From assembly GCA_963770895.1 (NCBI GenBank), contig CAVYRF010000002.1, positions 2,624,001 through 2,688,000 on the forward strand: DNA of 64,000 nucleotides. Reading direction: 5' to 3'. The first letter of the stretch is position 1. Every line of letters begins with the position of its first letter. The position numbers and the translations under genes are program-made. Source of the stretch: an uncultured Acidobacteriota bacterium. Its GTDB lineage: Bacteria; Acidobacteriota; Thermoanaerobaculia; Multivoradales; UBA5704. Shown one piece after another: positions 9,906 to 20,689 of this stretch. The notes below the pieces were generated by a model that searched no databases, was not told the DNA's origin, and saw nothing but the letters and a program-made list of their open reading frames with translations.

Positions 9906-11078
9906 CTAGTTCGGCCGCATCACCACCTTGATGCAGTGGTCCTGTTTGCGCTGGAAGGTGGCGTAGGCTTCGGCGCCCTGGTCCAAGGTCAGCCGGTGGG
10001 TGACGATCTGGGACGGGTCGATGCGGCCGGCGCGCACCAGCTCGAGCAGCGGCTTCATGTAGCGGTGGACGTGCGTCTGCCCCATCTTGAGGGTCAACCC
10101 CTTGGCGAAGGCGGCGCCCAGCGGCACCTTGTCGGCGACGCCGCCGTAGACGCCGGGGATCGACACCGTGCCGCCCTTGCCGCACGCCTGGATGGCCTGC
10201 CGCAGGGCGTGGATGCGGTCGGTGTCCAGATGCAGCATCTGCTTGGCCGAGTCGTACCGCGCATCCAGGGTGGCGCCGTGCGCCTCCATGCCGACCGCGT
10301 CGATGCAGGAGTCGGGGCCCCTGCCATCGGTCAGTTCGCGCAACGCGGCAAGCACGTCCACCTGCTCGTAGTCGAGGGTTTCGGCGCGGCCCCAGCCGTG
10401 CGCCAGCTGCAGGCGGTCGGCGAAGCGGTCGATGGCGATCACTCGCCCGGCACCCAGCAGCCAGGCGCTCTGGATGGCGAACTGGCCCACCGGCCCGCAC
10501 CCCCACACCGCCACCGTGTCGCCGGGTTGGATGGCGCAGTTCTCCGCCGCCATGTAGCCGGTGGGGAAGATGTCCGACAGGAACAGCGCCTGCTCGTCGC
10601 TCACGTCGTCCGGCACGCGCAGCGGCCCGACGTCGGCGAACGGCACCCGCACGTACTCGGCCTGTCCTCCCGCGTAGCCGCCCAGCAGGTGCGAATAGCC
10701 GAACAGGCCGGACGGCGAGTAGCCGTACAGCTTTTCGGCCATCCAGGCGTTGGGGTTGGAGTTGTCGCACAGCGACGACAGCCCCCGGCGGCAGCAGCCG
10801 CAGCGCCCGCAGGCGATGGTGAAAGGCACCACGACGCGGTCGCCGACCGCCAGGTTGGCCACTGCCGGGCCGACGTCGACCACTTCGCCCATGAACTCGT
10901 GGCCCAGGATGTCGCCCTTCTTCATGCTCGGGATGGCGCCGTCGTACAGGTGCAGATCGGAACCGCAGATGGCGGTCAGGGTGATCCGGATCACGGCATC
11001 CTGCGGGTTGAGGATGCCCGGATCGGGCACCGTTTCCAGGCGGATGTCGTGCTTACCGTTCCAGCACAGGGCTCGCAT
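9906..11078 (-). CDS. Zn-dependent alcohol/formaldehyde dehydrogenase (YbdR/FDH-like)
   Basis: ICGSDLH, GHEFMG, CxxCxxC..C cluster, [14 protein letters not shown]. Confidence 0.94.
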   Translation of the reverse strand: MRALCWNGKHDIRLETVPDPGILNPQDAVIRITLTAICGSDLHLYDGAIPSMKKGDILGHEFMGEVVDVGPAVANLAVGDRVVVPFTIACGRCGCCRRGLSSLCDNSNPNAWMAEKLYGYSPSGLFGYSHLLGGYAGGQAEYVRVPFADVGPLRVPDDVSDEQALFLSDIFPTGYMAAENCAIQPGDTVAVWGCGPVGQFAIQSAWLLGAGRVIAIDRFADRLQLAHGWGRAETLDYEQVDVLAALRELTDGRGPDSCIDAVGMEAHGATLDARYDSAKQMLHLDTDRIHALRQAIQACGKGGTVSIPGVYGGVADKVPLGAAFAKGLTLKMGQTHVHRYMKPLLELVRAGRIDPSQIVTHRLTLDQGAEAYATFQRKQDHCIKVVMRPN

Positions 11079-11096
11079 CGCGTACCTCCGGGTCGC

Positions 11097-11900
11097 TCAG
11101 AAGGGGTTGTGCAGGTCCAGGGAGGCCCGCTCGCCGACCGCCTGGCCCTCCGTGGTCGGCACCTCGCCGGCCTCCATCAGGCACTTGAAGCGGCGCAGGT
11201 CTTCGCGCACCTGCTGCTCGGTGGCGGCGCGCAACGCCCGGCCCAGGGCGCGGCCGAAGCCGGCGCCGAACGGCATCACCTCCATGATCACCCGCACCAC
11301 CGCGCCGCGCCGCCCGGCGGGCGCCTCCCCCGCTGCGCCCGCGATGTCTTCGAAGAGCACCACGCCGGCGTTGTGGACCTGGGCGCCGGGCATCGAGCGC
11401 CACGACAGGAGCCTGCCGGGCAGGTCTTCGACGATCTCGGCGTCCCACTGCGGGTGCAGGCCGAAATGCAGGTGTCCCACCCAATGCGAATGGCCGTCGC
11501 CGTCCTCGCTGACCGATTGCAGCCCGTGCATGAAGCGAGGCAGGTTGTCGAGCTTGCGCCAGAAGGCATACAGGTCGGCGGCCGGGCGCTCGATCGTGAC
11601 CCCCGCCTCCACCTCGATCGGCGCCGCGGCCAGCGCCGCCATTCCCTTGGTCACCGGCCAGTGGCCGGTCAGCCCGCGGTAGACCAGCGGCGCGCCGGCG
11701 AGCGCCAGCCCCAGGCCGAGCAGCGGCCGGCGGCGGCCCGCAAGGCCCAGCAGCGCCGCGCCGCCGACGGTTGCCGCCACCCGCTCGGCGGCGCGCGCCG
11801 CGCGATCCGTGGCGCGCTGGCGCCGCCGGCTCCGTCCTCCCAGCTCGCCGGGCAGAGCAGGCAGTGCAGCAGAAGGAAAGGTAGGAGTCGCTACGGTCAC
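11097..11900 (-). CDS. SRPBCC/polyketide cyclase-like protein with N-terminal hydrophobic segment
   Basis: [39 protein letters not shown]; RBS AGGAGG before GTG 11900. Confidence 0.88.
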   Translation of the reverse strand: MTVATPTFPSAALPALPGELGGRSRRRQRATDRAARAAERVAATVGGAALLGLAGRRRPLLGLGLALAGAPLVYRGLTGHWPVTKGMAALAAAPIEVEAGVTIERPAADLYAFWRKLDNLPRFMHGLQSVSEDGDGHSHWVGHLHFGLHPQWDAEIVEDLPGRLLSWRSMPGAQVHNAGVVLFEDIAGAAGEAPAGRRGAVVRVIMEVMPFGAGFGRALGRALRAATEQQVREDLRRFKCLMEAGEVPTTEGQAVGERASLDLHNPF

Positions 11901-11954
11901 AGGTACCTCCTTGTCGTCCTGGTCGCCCCAGGCCAGCCCAAGCCCCGAGCAAAC

Positions 11955-11969
11955 GCAAGGCGCGTGCCA
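11955..11969 (-). promoter_or_regulatory. sigma54 (-24/-12) promoter of SRPBCC operon
   Basis: TGGCACG-CGCC-TTGC, matching the consensus with GG-N10-GC. Confidence 0.8.
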
Positions 11970-12121
11970 CTCACCCCTGCGCCGCCCCTGCGCCGCCTGC
12001 GCCGTCCGGCCGTTGGGGGACCGGTCCGACTCCGCTACCATTGGCGGGTTGGGAGCACCCGGCCGCGGCTGCCCGCATCGCCGCGCCTTGTCGAGGACCG
12101 GAAAGGACCAGAGAGGAGACC

Positions 12122-13511
<1,390 letters not shown>

Positions 13512-13537
<26 letters not shown>

Positions 13538-14618
13538 AGCCACGGAGCCGCAAGACGCCGGCCGCCGGGTGCTGCACTGCGACATGGACTGTTTCTATGC
13601 CGCGGTGCACATGCGCGACGACCCCGCGCTGGCCGGCCTGCCGGTGGTGATCGGCGGCCTGCCCGAATCGCGCGGGGTGGTCGCCGCCGCCAGCTACGAG
13701 GCCCGCCGCTTCGGCATTCATTCGGCCATGCCCTCGTCGCAGGCGCGCCGCCTGTGCGCCGACGTGATCTTCGTGCCGCCCGACTTTCGTCGCTACCACC
13801 GCGAGTCGGAGCAGATCTTCGCCATCTACCGGGAGTTCACGACGGTCGTCCAGGCGGTGTCGATCGACGAGGCGTATCTGGACGTGACCGGCCGGCTGGA
13901 GCCGTTCGGCACCGCCACCGCCCTGGCGCAGGAGATCCGCCGCCGGGTGCGCCAGGAGCGCCGGCTGACGGTCAGCGTCGGCGTCGGACCCAACCGCCTG
14001 ATCGCCAAGATCGCCTCGGACTTCAAGAAGCCGGACGGCCTGACCGTGGTGCCGCCGCGGCGCGTCCTGGGCTTTCTCGAGCCGCTGCCGGTGCGGCGCC
14101 TGCACGGCGTCGGCCCCGCCACCGAAAAGGCGCTTGCCGAGCTGGGCGTGGAGACCGTCGGCGACCTGCGCCTGCACAGCCTGGATGCGCTTTTGGCGCG
14201 CTTCGGGCGCCATGGGCGCACCCTCTACGAATTCGCGCGCGGCATCGACGCCCGGCCGGTCGAAACCCACGGCGAACGCAAGAGCCTGGGCGTCGAAAAC
14301 ACCTACAGCCGCGACCTGGCCGGCCGCGAAGCGATGGTCGCCGAGCTGCAGCGCATGGCCGGCGAAGTGGCCGCCTCGCTGGCGCGCCGCGACATGGCCT
14401 GCCGCACGGTGACGATCAAGGTGCGCTACGGCGACTTCACCACCCTCACCCGCTCCCGCACCCACGCCGCGCCGGTCGCGGACGCCGCCGTCATCGCCGG
14501 CTGCGCCCTGGAGCTGCTGGGGCGCACCGACGCGCCGCGCCGTCCGGTGCGCCTGCTGGGCGTCACCGCTTCCAACCTGGTGCTGGGCTCGGCGGCCCAG
14601 CTTCTGCTCTTCGGCTGA
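13512..14618 (+). CDS. dinB: DNA polymerase IV
   Basis: [38 protein letters not shown]; start uncertain, may overlap the fumC end. Confidence 0.95.
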
Positions 14619-14640
14619 GCGCTGCGGCTGAGCGTGGCGC

Positions 14641-14685
14641 GGCGGTGGCAGCGGCGGCGGTGGCAGCGGCGGCGGTGGCAGCGGC
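14641..14685 (+). repeat. Perfect 15-bp tandem repeat x3 (GGCGGTGGCAGCGGC)
   Basis: Read directly; lies between the dinB stop and the sigma54 box. Confidence 0.9.
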
Positions 14686-14696
14686 AGTGGGCACCG

Positions 14697-14713
14697 CCGG
14701 CACAGCTCTTGCT
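14697..14713 (+). promoter_or_regulatory. Probable sigma54 promoter of AI-2E gene
   Basis: CCGGCACA-GCTC-TTGCT, GG-N10-GC. Confidence 0.6.
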
Positions 14714-14729
14714 TGCCTGAGAAACCCAC

Positions 14730-15891
14730 ATGCGCCTCGAGCCCGCCGTGCCTCCGCCGCCGTCTCCCCCGGTGGAGGACCGCGAGCCGGAAGGCGAAAA
14801 CGGCCTGCCCCGGCCCAACCTGGACAAGCTGAACCAGGCGATCCAGCAGCCGCTGCAATCGATGGCGGTCACCGGCCTGTTCGTGCTGGCGTCGTTCTAC
14901 ACCCTCTATTTCTGCCGCTCGCTGCTGTTGCCGCTGGTGATGGCGGGGCTGTTTTCGCTGCTGCTGTCGCCGCTGGTGCGCACGCTCAAGCGGCTGAAGA
15001 TCCCCGAACCGGTGAGCGCCGGCCTGGTGATCCTGGCGCTGCTCGCCGCCCTGGGTTTTGGCATCTATGGCCTGTCGGGCCCGGCTTCCGATTGGATCCA
15101 GCGCGCGCCGCAGAGCATGCGCAGCCTGCAGGTCAAGCTGCACGATCTGCAGCGCTCGGTGCAGCGCCTGGGGCGGGCCACCGAACAGATGGAAAAGATC
15201 GCCGACGTCAGCGGCACCGTCGAGCCGCGGCCGCCGGCGGTCGTGCAGGCGACGCCCAGCTTGCGCGAGCGCCTGTTCGACCGCGCTACCGACCTGGTGA
15301 CCGACGGCGTCGTGATGGTCATCCTGCTGTACTTCCTGCTGGCTTCGGGCGACCTGTTCCTGCGCAAGCTGATCCGCATGTTGCCGCGTCTGGCGGACAA
15401 GCGGCGGGCGGTCGAGATCGCCCGCCAGGTGGAGCGCGACATCTCCGCCTACCTGAGCACCGTGACGCTGATCAACCTGGGGCTGGGCGCCGGCGTCGCG
15501 CTCGGCTTCACCCTGCTGCGTGTGCCGAACCCGCTGCTCTGGGGCGCCATGGTGGCGCTGTTCAACTACGTGCCCTACCTGGGACCGGCGCTCGACTACG
15601 CGATCTTCACCATGGTGGGGGTGCTCACCTTCGCCACCGTGCCGCGGATGCTGGCGCCGGTCGGCCTGTTCCTGGTGCTCAACGTGCTGGAGGCCTACCT
15701 CTTCACGCCGATGATCCTGGGCCGGCGGCTGACCCTCAATCCGGTCGTCCTCTTCGTCGGCCTCACCTTCTGGGGCTGGAATGTGGGGGATCGTGGGAGC
15801 CATCCTGGCCGTCCCCATCATGGCCGTCATCAAGATCTTCTGCGACCACATCGAGCCGCTGGCGCCGCTCGGCGAGTTCCTGGGCTGGTAG
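14730..15891 (+). pseudogene. AI-2E (PerM-like) family transporter with a +1 frameshift at about 15780
   Basis: Frame breaks after FWGW (TGG-A-ATG); the shifted frame gives the expected MWGIVGAILAVPIMAVIKIFCDH...GW* ending at 15891; may be a sequencing error. Confidence 0.85.
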
Positions 15892-15924
15892 GCGGGCGCG
15901 CGCGGCAGAGATAAGTGCGGGGCG

Positions 15925-16305
15925 CTAGCTCTCGTCGGATTCCCAGCGCTCGATGTCGCGGCGGTCCTTCTTGGTCGGGCGTCCGGCGCCGGTTTCGCGC
16001 CGCGACGGTGGGCGCCGCAGCAGCCGCTGCAGCGGATCGGGCGCCGGCCGCGGCCCGCTCAGGTCCTCGTACAGCCCCGCCGCTTCGGCCTTGGCCACCG
16101 GCCGGTCGCGCAGCTCGCGCACCGTCAGGACGCGCTCCCAATCCCCCTGCGTCAGCTCGACGCGGTCGCCGGGCGCCAGCTGGCGGTGCGCCTTTGCCGC
16201 CTGGCCGTTGACCTTGACCCGCCCCAGCTCGCAGGCATGCGTCGCCTGCGTACGCGTCTTGAACATCCGCGCCACCTGCAGCCACTTATCCAGGCGCACC
16301 GGCAT
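15925..16305 (-). CDS. hslR: S4-domain ribosome-associated heat shock protein Hsp15
   Basis: VRLDKWLQVARMFKTR, GRVKVNG, GRPTKKDRR. Confidence 0.9.
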   Translation of the reverse strand: MPVRLDKWLQVARMFKTRTQATHACELGRVKVNGQAAKAHRQLAPGDRVELTQGDWERVLTVRELRDRPVAKAEAAGLYEDLSGPRPAPDPLQRLLRRPPSRRETGAGRPTKKDRRDIERWESDES

Positions 16306-16344
16306 GGCCGCGAGTCTATCGCGGCGGGGGAGCCGCGGGCCGGT

Positions 16345-17868
16345 TCAAGGGTCGTCGTGCTCGCCGGGCGCCGGCGCGGCAGGCCAGGCGGCGCGGACGA
16401 CAAACGACGCGCGGCGCAAGGCAGCCGGCCAGGCGGTGGGGGAGGTCCGCAATGCCACCCCATAATCGGAGAGCCTCTGCGGCCAGGGGTACGGGGCCGG
16501 CGGCGGGGCCAGGACGCCGATCGCGGCAAAGAACAGCGCATAGCCGGCGGCGCCGGCCAGCCCCACGGCCCACATGGCCAGCCGCCGGCCCGGCCGCAGG
16601 ACCTGGGCAAACCCCAGGGCGCAGGCGGGCAACGCGTCGGTCATGAACCGCTGGCCGTAGCCGCCGGTATTCGCCCACTCCGACCAGCAGCCATGGAGCG
16701 CCGCCACCGCCACAAACCAGGTCAACCCGATCAGGCCCCAGCGGCGCCAGTCGGCGGTCGCGGTGGCCTCCGGGTCAGCTGGAGTCCTGCATTCGCGTGG
16801 GAGAGGTGCCGCTGCCAGGGTGGTGTTGGTTTGGTCGACGCCGGTCGATCCGGCCGCCATAGCGCTGGCCTGATTCCGCTTGCGCAGCGTGGCCGCCACC
16901 AGGCCCGCGACCGCCAGCAGCAGCGCCGGGTGGAACAGGAACAGGCCGTGGACCGGCGCGGCCAGGACGTTCCAGGGCGACGCCCAGGTGAAGTGAAAGG
17001 TCCCGCCGTACGGCGGCGCCAGCCAGCTGCCGAAGATCGCCCGGTTCCACAGCGGCAGGACGGCGCAGGGCAGCGTGGCGGCTGCGGCCATGAACACCGC
17101 GCGCCGCCGGCCGCCCGCGGGCACTGCCACGAGCGCCGCCGGAAACAGCGCCACCGCGTCGTAGCGCACCAGGATTGCGACGCCCAGCGCCAACCCTGCC
17201 GCCGCCGCTCGCCCGGCATCGAGCGCCAAACCTGCCCGTCGCGCCGCCGGTGTGCCGCGCGCGCGTTCCGCCACCGCGCCGTCGCGCAGGCGCACCAGCA
17301 GGAGCAGCAGCAGCGACGCCAGCGCGAAGGCGGGCGCGTGGGTCATGCCGACCAGGGAGTAGAAGACCAGGGGGCCGCCAAAGAAGGTCGCTGCCAGCGC
17401 GGCCGCCGTCCGCGGCCCGGCGCAGCCCAGCCGCCGCAGGGCCGCTGCAATCCAGAGCAACCCCAGGAGCACCGCCAGGTTGCGCGCCAGGACGATGGCG
17501 GCGGCGCTCAGGAACACGCCGCGCGGCACCCGCCCCACCGGCGGCAGCACGACGCCCCGCGCGGCCAGGGACGCCGGCAGCAGCGCGTCGGCCAGGCGGC
17601 CGCAAAGATAAGGCAGGGCATCCAGCGCCAGGATTCCGGGCGGGTACTGCGCCACCAGGTGCCCGGCAGGCGTCCGCACCAGGCCGTTGGGGACGCCGGG
17701 GGGCTGGCGTTCGAGCCAGATGGCGCCGTGGTCGCAGAGCGCGCCCAGCTCGGCGAACGTCGCCCACCCGTCGCCCCCCAGCCCGCGGTCGAACACCGCC
17801 ATGTGGGCCGCCGCCAGGGCCAGGACCAGGCCCACCCACCGCCACGCTCGAGGCAAGGAGAGCCGCAT
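16345..17868 (-). CDS. Polytopic membrane protein, probable GT-C-fold glycosyltransferase-like
   Basis: Early DG motif after TM1, YPPG, many TM segments, HGLFLFHP, GGYGQRF. Confidence 0.6.
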   Translation of the reverse strand: MRLSLPRAWRWVGLVLALAAAHMAVFDRGLGGDGWATFAELGALCDHGAIWLERQPPGVPNGLVRTPAGHLVAQYPPGILALDALPYLCGRLADALLPASLAARGVVLPPVGRVPRGVFLSAAAIVLARNLAVLLGLLWIAAALRRLGCAGPRTAAALAATFFGGPLVFYSLVGMTHAPAFALASLLLLLLVRLRDGAVAERARGTPAARRAGLALDAGRAAAAGLALGVAILVRYDAVALFPAALVAVPAGGRRRAVFMAAAATLPCAVLPLWNRAIFGSWLAPPYGGTFHFTWASPWNVLAAPVHGLFLFHPALLLAVAGLVAATLRKRNQASAMAAGSTGVDQTNTTLAAAPLPRECRTPADPEATATADWRRWGLIGLTWFVAVAALHGCWSEWANTGGYGQRFMTDALPACALGFAQVLRPGRRLAMWAVGLAGAAGYALFFAAIGVLAPPPAPYPWPQRLSDYGVALRTSPTAWPAALRRASFVVRAAWPAAPAPGEHDDP

Positions 17869-18000
17869 GCGCGAGGCAGTATAGCCGCCGGCCTCAGGCC
17901 TCTACGGCATCTGGCGCGGCCCACGCTGAAAAGCTCAGGAAGCTGGTCGACCGCCTGCAGGTGGTGCCGCTGGCGTGCTGCCTGGGGTTAAGCTCATCCC

Positions 18001-18360
18001 ATGCGAGTCCCGCCCGAGGAGTTCGAGCAGCTGGTGGCGCGTGCGCTGGACGGTCTGCCGGAGGAGTTTGCGGCGATGCTGGAAAACGTCGCCGTGGTGG
18101 TCGAAGAGGAACCCGACCCCGAGGACCTGGAAGCGCTCGACATGGAGCCGGACGAAGAGCTGTTCGGCCTCTATCAGGGGGTGCCGCTGCCCGAGCGCAG
18201 CGCCGGCTACTCCGTGCTTCCCGACCGCATCGCCATCTACCGCGGCCCCATCCTGCGCTCCTGCCGCGACCGCCGCGAAGTCATCCGCGAAGTCCGCGAC
18301 ACCGTGGTCCACGAGCTGGGCCACTATTTCGGCCTGGAAGAAGACGACATGCCGTATTGA
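18001..18360 (+). CDS. Minimal zincin metallopeptidase (Zincin_1/DUF1025-like)
   Basis: LFGLYQGVPL, PDRIAIYRGPI, VHELGHYFG. Confidence 0.9.
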   Translation: MRVPPEEFEQLVARALDGLPEEFAAMLENVAVVVEEEPDPEDLEALDMEPDEELFGLYQGVPLPERSAGYSVLPDRIAIYRGPILRSCRDRREVIREVRDTVVHELGHYFGLEEDDMPY

Positions 18361-18375
18361 GCGGGTTGCTGTTAC

Positions 18376-18430
18376 TTTACAGTGTAAGGTCACCGGTGTA
18401 CAATGCAACGGGACGGCGACTCGTGACGTA
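18376..18430 (+). promoter_or_regulatory. Tandem promoters of ECF sigma gene (sigma70-type plus possible ECF-type)
   Basis: TTTACA-N17-TACAAT (18376-18404), then GCAAC-N18-GTA (18405-18430). Confidence 0.55.
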
Positions 18431-18548
18431 TTGGTAGAGGACGGGACGCTCTCCCGTAGGGGGGCTGGTGTCGGGAGATCTGATCCCGGCTCCGGCGCGT
18501 AGGACGACCAAGCGGGTACCGATGGGATCCAAGGCGAAAGAGGTGAGC

Positions 18549-19181
18549 ATGGCCAAACAAGGCGCTGACCACCAGAAAGGGTGGGACTTCGAAGCGGCGG
18601 CGATGCCGTTCGTGGACGCGCTCTACAATACTGCGTACCGCATGACCCGCAACGCTGAAGACGCCCAGGACCTGGTGCAGGAAACCTATCTGAAGGCGTA
18701 TCGCTATTACGACAAGTTTGAGGAAGGGACCAACTTCAAGGCCTGGCTGTTCAAGATCATGAAGAACACCTTCATCAACAACTACCGCAAGAAGCAGCAG
18801 ATGCCGGTGCACAGCGACTTTGCCGACATCGAAGAGTCGTTCGAGACGCAGGTGGCCGAAGACGCGGTGCGGCAGATCAAGAATCCCGAGCAGGAGCTGC
18901 TGGAAAACGTGCTCGACCAGGACGTCCAGCAGGCGATGGACAAGCTGCCTCCCGATTATCGGATGGTGGTCCTGCTGGCCGACCTGGAAGGCTTCTCCTA
19001 CAAGGAGATCGCCGAGATCCTCGAAGTGCCGGTCGGCACCGTGATGAGCCGTCTCTATCGTGGCCGCCGGCTGATGGAGGCCTCGATGCTGGAGTTCGCC
19101 CGCGAGCACGGCTATTTGCGTGAGCGCGAGCCGCTCAAGATGCGCAGCAGGAGCGGCGCCGGCCCCGCGGGATCAAAATGA
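18549..19181 (+). CDS. ECF sigma factor, SigR/SigH-like
   Basis: [50 protein letters not shown]; RBS GAGGTG. Confidence 0.93.
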   Translation: MAKQGADHQKGWDFEAAAMPFVDALYNTAYRMTRNAEDAQDLVQETYLKAYRYYDKFEEGTNFKAWLFKIMKNTFINNYRKKQQMPVHSDFADIEESFETQVAEDAVRQIKNPEQELLENVLDQDVQQAMDKLPPDYRMVVLLADLEGFSYKEIAEILEVPVGTVMSRLYRGRRLMEASMLEFAREHGYLREREPLKMRSRSGAGPAGSK

Positions 19182-19233
19182 ACGGGTGCCGGGCCAGGCA
19201 GCCCGCGCGCGTAGTGCAGGGCAGGGGTGGAGC

Positions 19234-19260
19234 GGAATAAGGGCCCGCGCGCGCGGGTTG
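19234..19260 (+). promoter_or_regulatory. SigR/SigH-type promoter upstream of anti-sigma gene
   Basis: GGAAT-N18-GTTG, matching the known SigR/SigH consensus. Confidence 0.7.
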
Positions 19261-19302
19261 ACAAGCCCAGGAGCAGAGGCCCGTCGGCCCGGGAGGAAGG
19301 AG

Positions 19303-19551
19303 ATGGATTGCGAAGAGGTCAGCAAAGTCTTGTTCCTTTTTGTCGACAACGAAATGGAAGAGGATCTGCTGATCCTGTTTCGCGCGCACATGGAGCGCTG
19401 CTCCGGGTGCGCTGACAGGATCGTCTATACGCGCAAGCTCCTGCTGGTCGTCCGCGAGCGTTGCGTCCGTTGCGCCGCGCCGCACACCCTGCGCCGTCGC
19501 ATCCTGACCAGCCTGCCGCATCGCCGTGCCGACGACGCCGGCCCGCTGTAG
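19303..19551 (+). CDS. ZAS (zf-HC2) anti-sigma factor, RsrA/RshA-like
   Basis: N-terminal Cys, HxxxCxxC (HMERCSGC), AP..LRRRIL; RBS AAGGAG. Confidence 0.88.
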   Translation: MDCEEVSKVLFLFVDNEMEEDLLILFRAHMERCSGCADRIVYTRKLLLVVRERCVRCAAPHTLRRRILTSLPHRRADDAGPL

Positions 19552-19602
19552 GTACTCCTCGCCGCCACGCCGCCTTTCACGTCCTGCTCGCGTCCATCGC
19601 CA

Positions 19603-20103
19603 ATGACCGCGCGCCGCCCGCTCACCCGCCTCGCCCTGGCTCTGATCGTCCCGGCAGCTCTCGCCGGTCTGATGGCCGTGCCGCTCGCCCCGGTCCTGGG
19701 CGGTGGTCGTCTGGCGGCGCAGGAGCTCCACCTGAGCGGCCTTGCCGGCGAAACCCTGGACGACAGCGACCTGGCGCATGGCACCTTCATCATCGTCGCC
19801 TGGGCCTCGTGGTCGCCCCGTTCGCGCGACATGGTCGCCAAGGTCAAGCCGCTCGCCAGCCACTGGAGCGGACGCGCGCGGGTGGTGACCCTGGATTTCG
19901 AAGAGGAGCGCCCGGCGGTGGTCGCCTTCCTCGCCGGCAAGGACCTGGGAGTCCCCGTCTTTCTCGACGCGGACGGCCTGTTCTCGAAGAAGTACGCGAT
20001 TGCGACGCTGCCCGGTCTGCTGGTCGTCAAGGACGGCAAGGTCGCCTATCGCGGCAAGCTCCCCGACGACCCCGATCCGATCATCACCCAAGCACTCCAT
20101 TAG
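19603..20103 (+). CDS. Exported TlpA/redoxin-like thioredoxin-fold protein lacking cysteines (SxxS)
   Basis: Signal-peptide-like N-terminus; WASWSPRS in place of WASWCxxC; cis-Pro TLP loop retained. Confidence 0.8.
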   Translation: MTARRPLTRLALALIVPAALAGLMAVPLAPVLGGGRLAAQELHLSGLAGETLDDSDLAHGTFIIVAWASWSPRSRDMVAKVKPLASHWSGRARVVTLDFEEERPAVVAFLAGKDLGVPVFLDADGLFSKKYAIATLPGLLVVKDGKVAYRGKLPDDPDPIITQALH

Positions 20104-20199
20104 ATAGATAGAGCCGCTCGGCTCCGTTGGTAGAGACCAGCCCCCGGTCCTCGACGTCTGGCGCGCGGGCGGCCGCGCCCCTGCCCTCCGTCGCCGCCG

Positions 20200-20250
20200 C
20201 CTGACCGCAGATGGCGGGACCGGGAGCGGCCCCGCCATCTGGATGTCAGG
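20200..20250. terminator. Strong hairpin between convergent genes
   Basis: CCTGAC..CAGATGGCGGG / CCCGCCATCTG..GTCAGG; no U-tract. Confidence 0.5.
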
Positions 20251-20280
20251 TGCTGCGGGGTCTGCCGAGGTGAGTCAGCC

Positions 20281-20436
20281 CTAGCAATAGCACTGGCTGA
20301 CGCCGCAGAACGACTTCATCACGGTGGTGGTGATGCCGCCCACGACGGCGCCCGCCTCCTGCTTGCTGAGCGCTCGCAGGGTCTCACGGTGCAGTTCGAA
20401 GCTCTGCCGTTTGTCCTTCTCGATCTGGCGTTTCAT
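20281..20436 (-). CDS. Putative RiPP (lanthipeptide-like) precursor, 51 aa, double-glycine leader
   Basis: RBS AAGGAG; leader ..FELHRETLRALS..AVVGG; core ITTTVMKSFCGVSQCYC rich in Ser/Thr/Cys. Confidence 0.75.
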   Translation of the reverse strand: MKRQIEKDKRQSFELHRETLRALSKQEAGAVVGGITTTVMKSFCGVSQCYC

Positions 20437-20689
20437 CGGGTGACTCCTTGTGCGGCGCCTGCGGATCATGCCGGGGCACCAAAAGCAGGGGTGCCTGCCT
20501 GGCAACAGGCCGCGCCAGCCCTCATCCTCCTATCCTGAATCGAAGCAAGCACGCTGCTGCGCGCCGGGTGGATGGTTCCGTGTGTGCGATTCCTGTGTTA
20601 CGATCCGCGCCAATTTGCAAGCCGGATGGCAGAATGACGCTTTTCGGCAGGGCGCAGTCCTTTTGGGCTGTAGGAGGAGATCCGCCCGC

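Noticed and set aside
9906-11900. SRPBCC cyclase plus dehydrogenase as a polyketide cluster
   Set aside because: Widespread stress-associated gene pair; no PKS or ACP genes present
14641-14685. Repeat could be a mini-CRISPR or a synthetic Gly-Ser linker
   Set aside because: No spacers, no cas genes, no vector sequence; simple tandem duplication
20480-20520. sigma54-like boxes upstream of the RiPP precursor
   Set aside because: GG-to-GC spacing is 11 rather than the required 10
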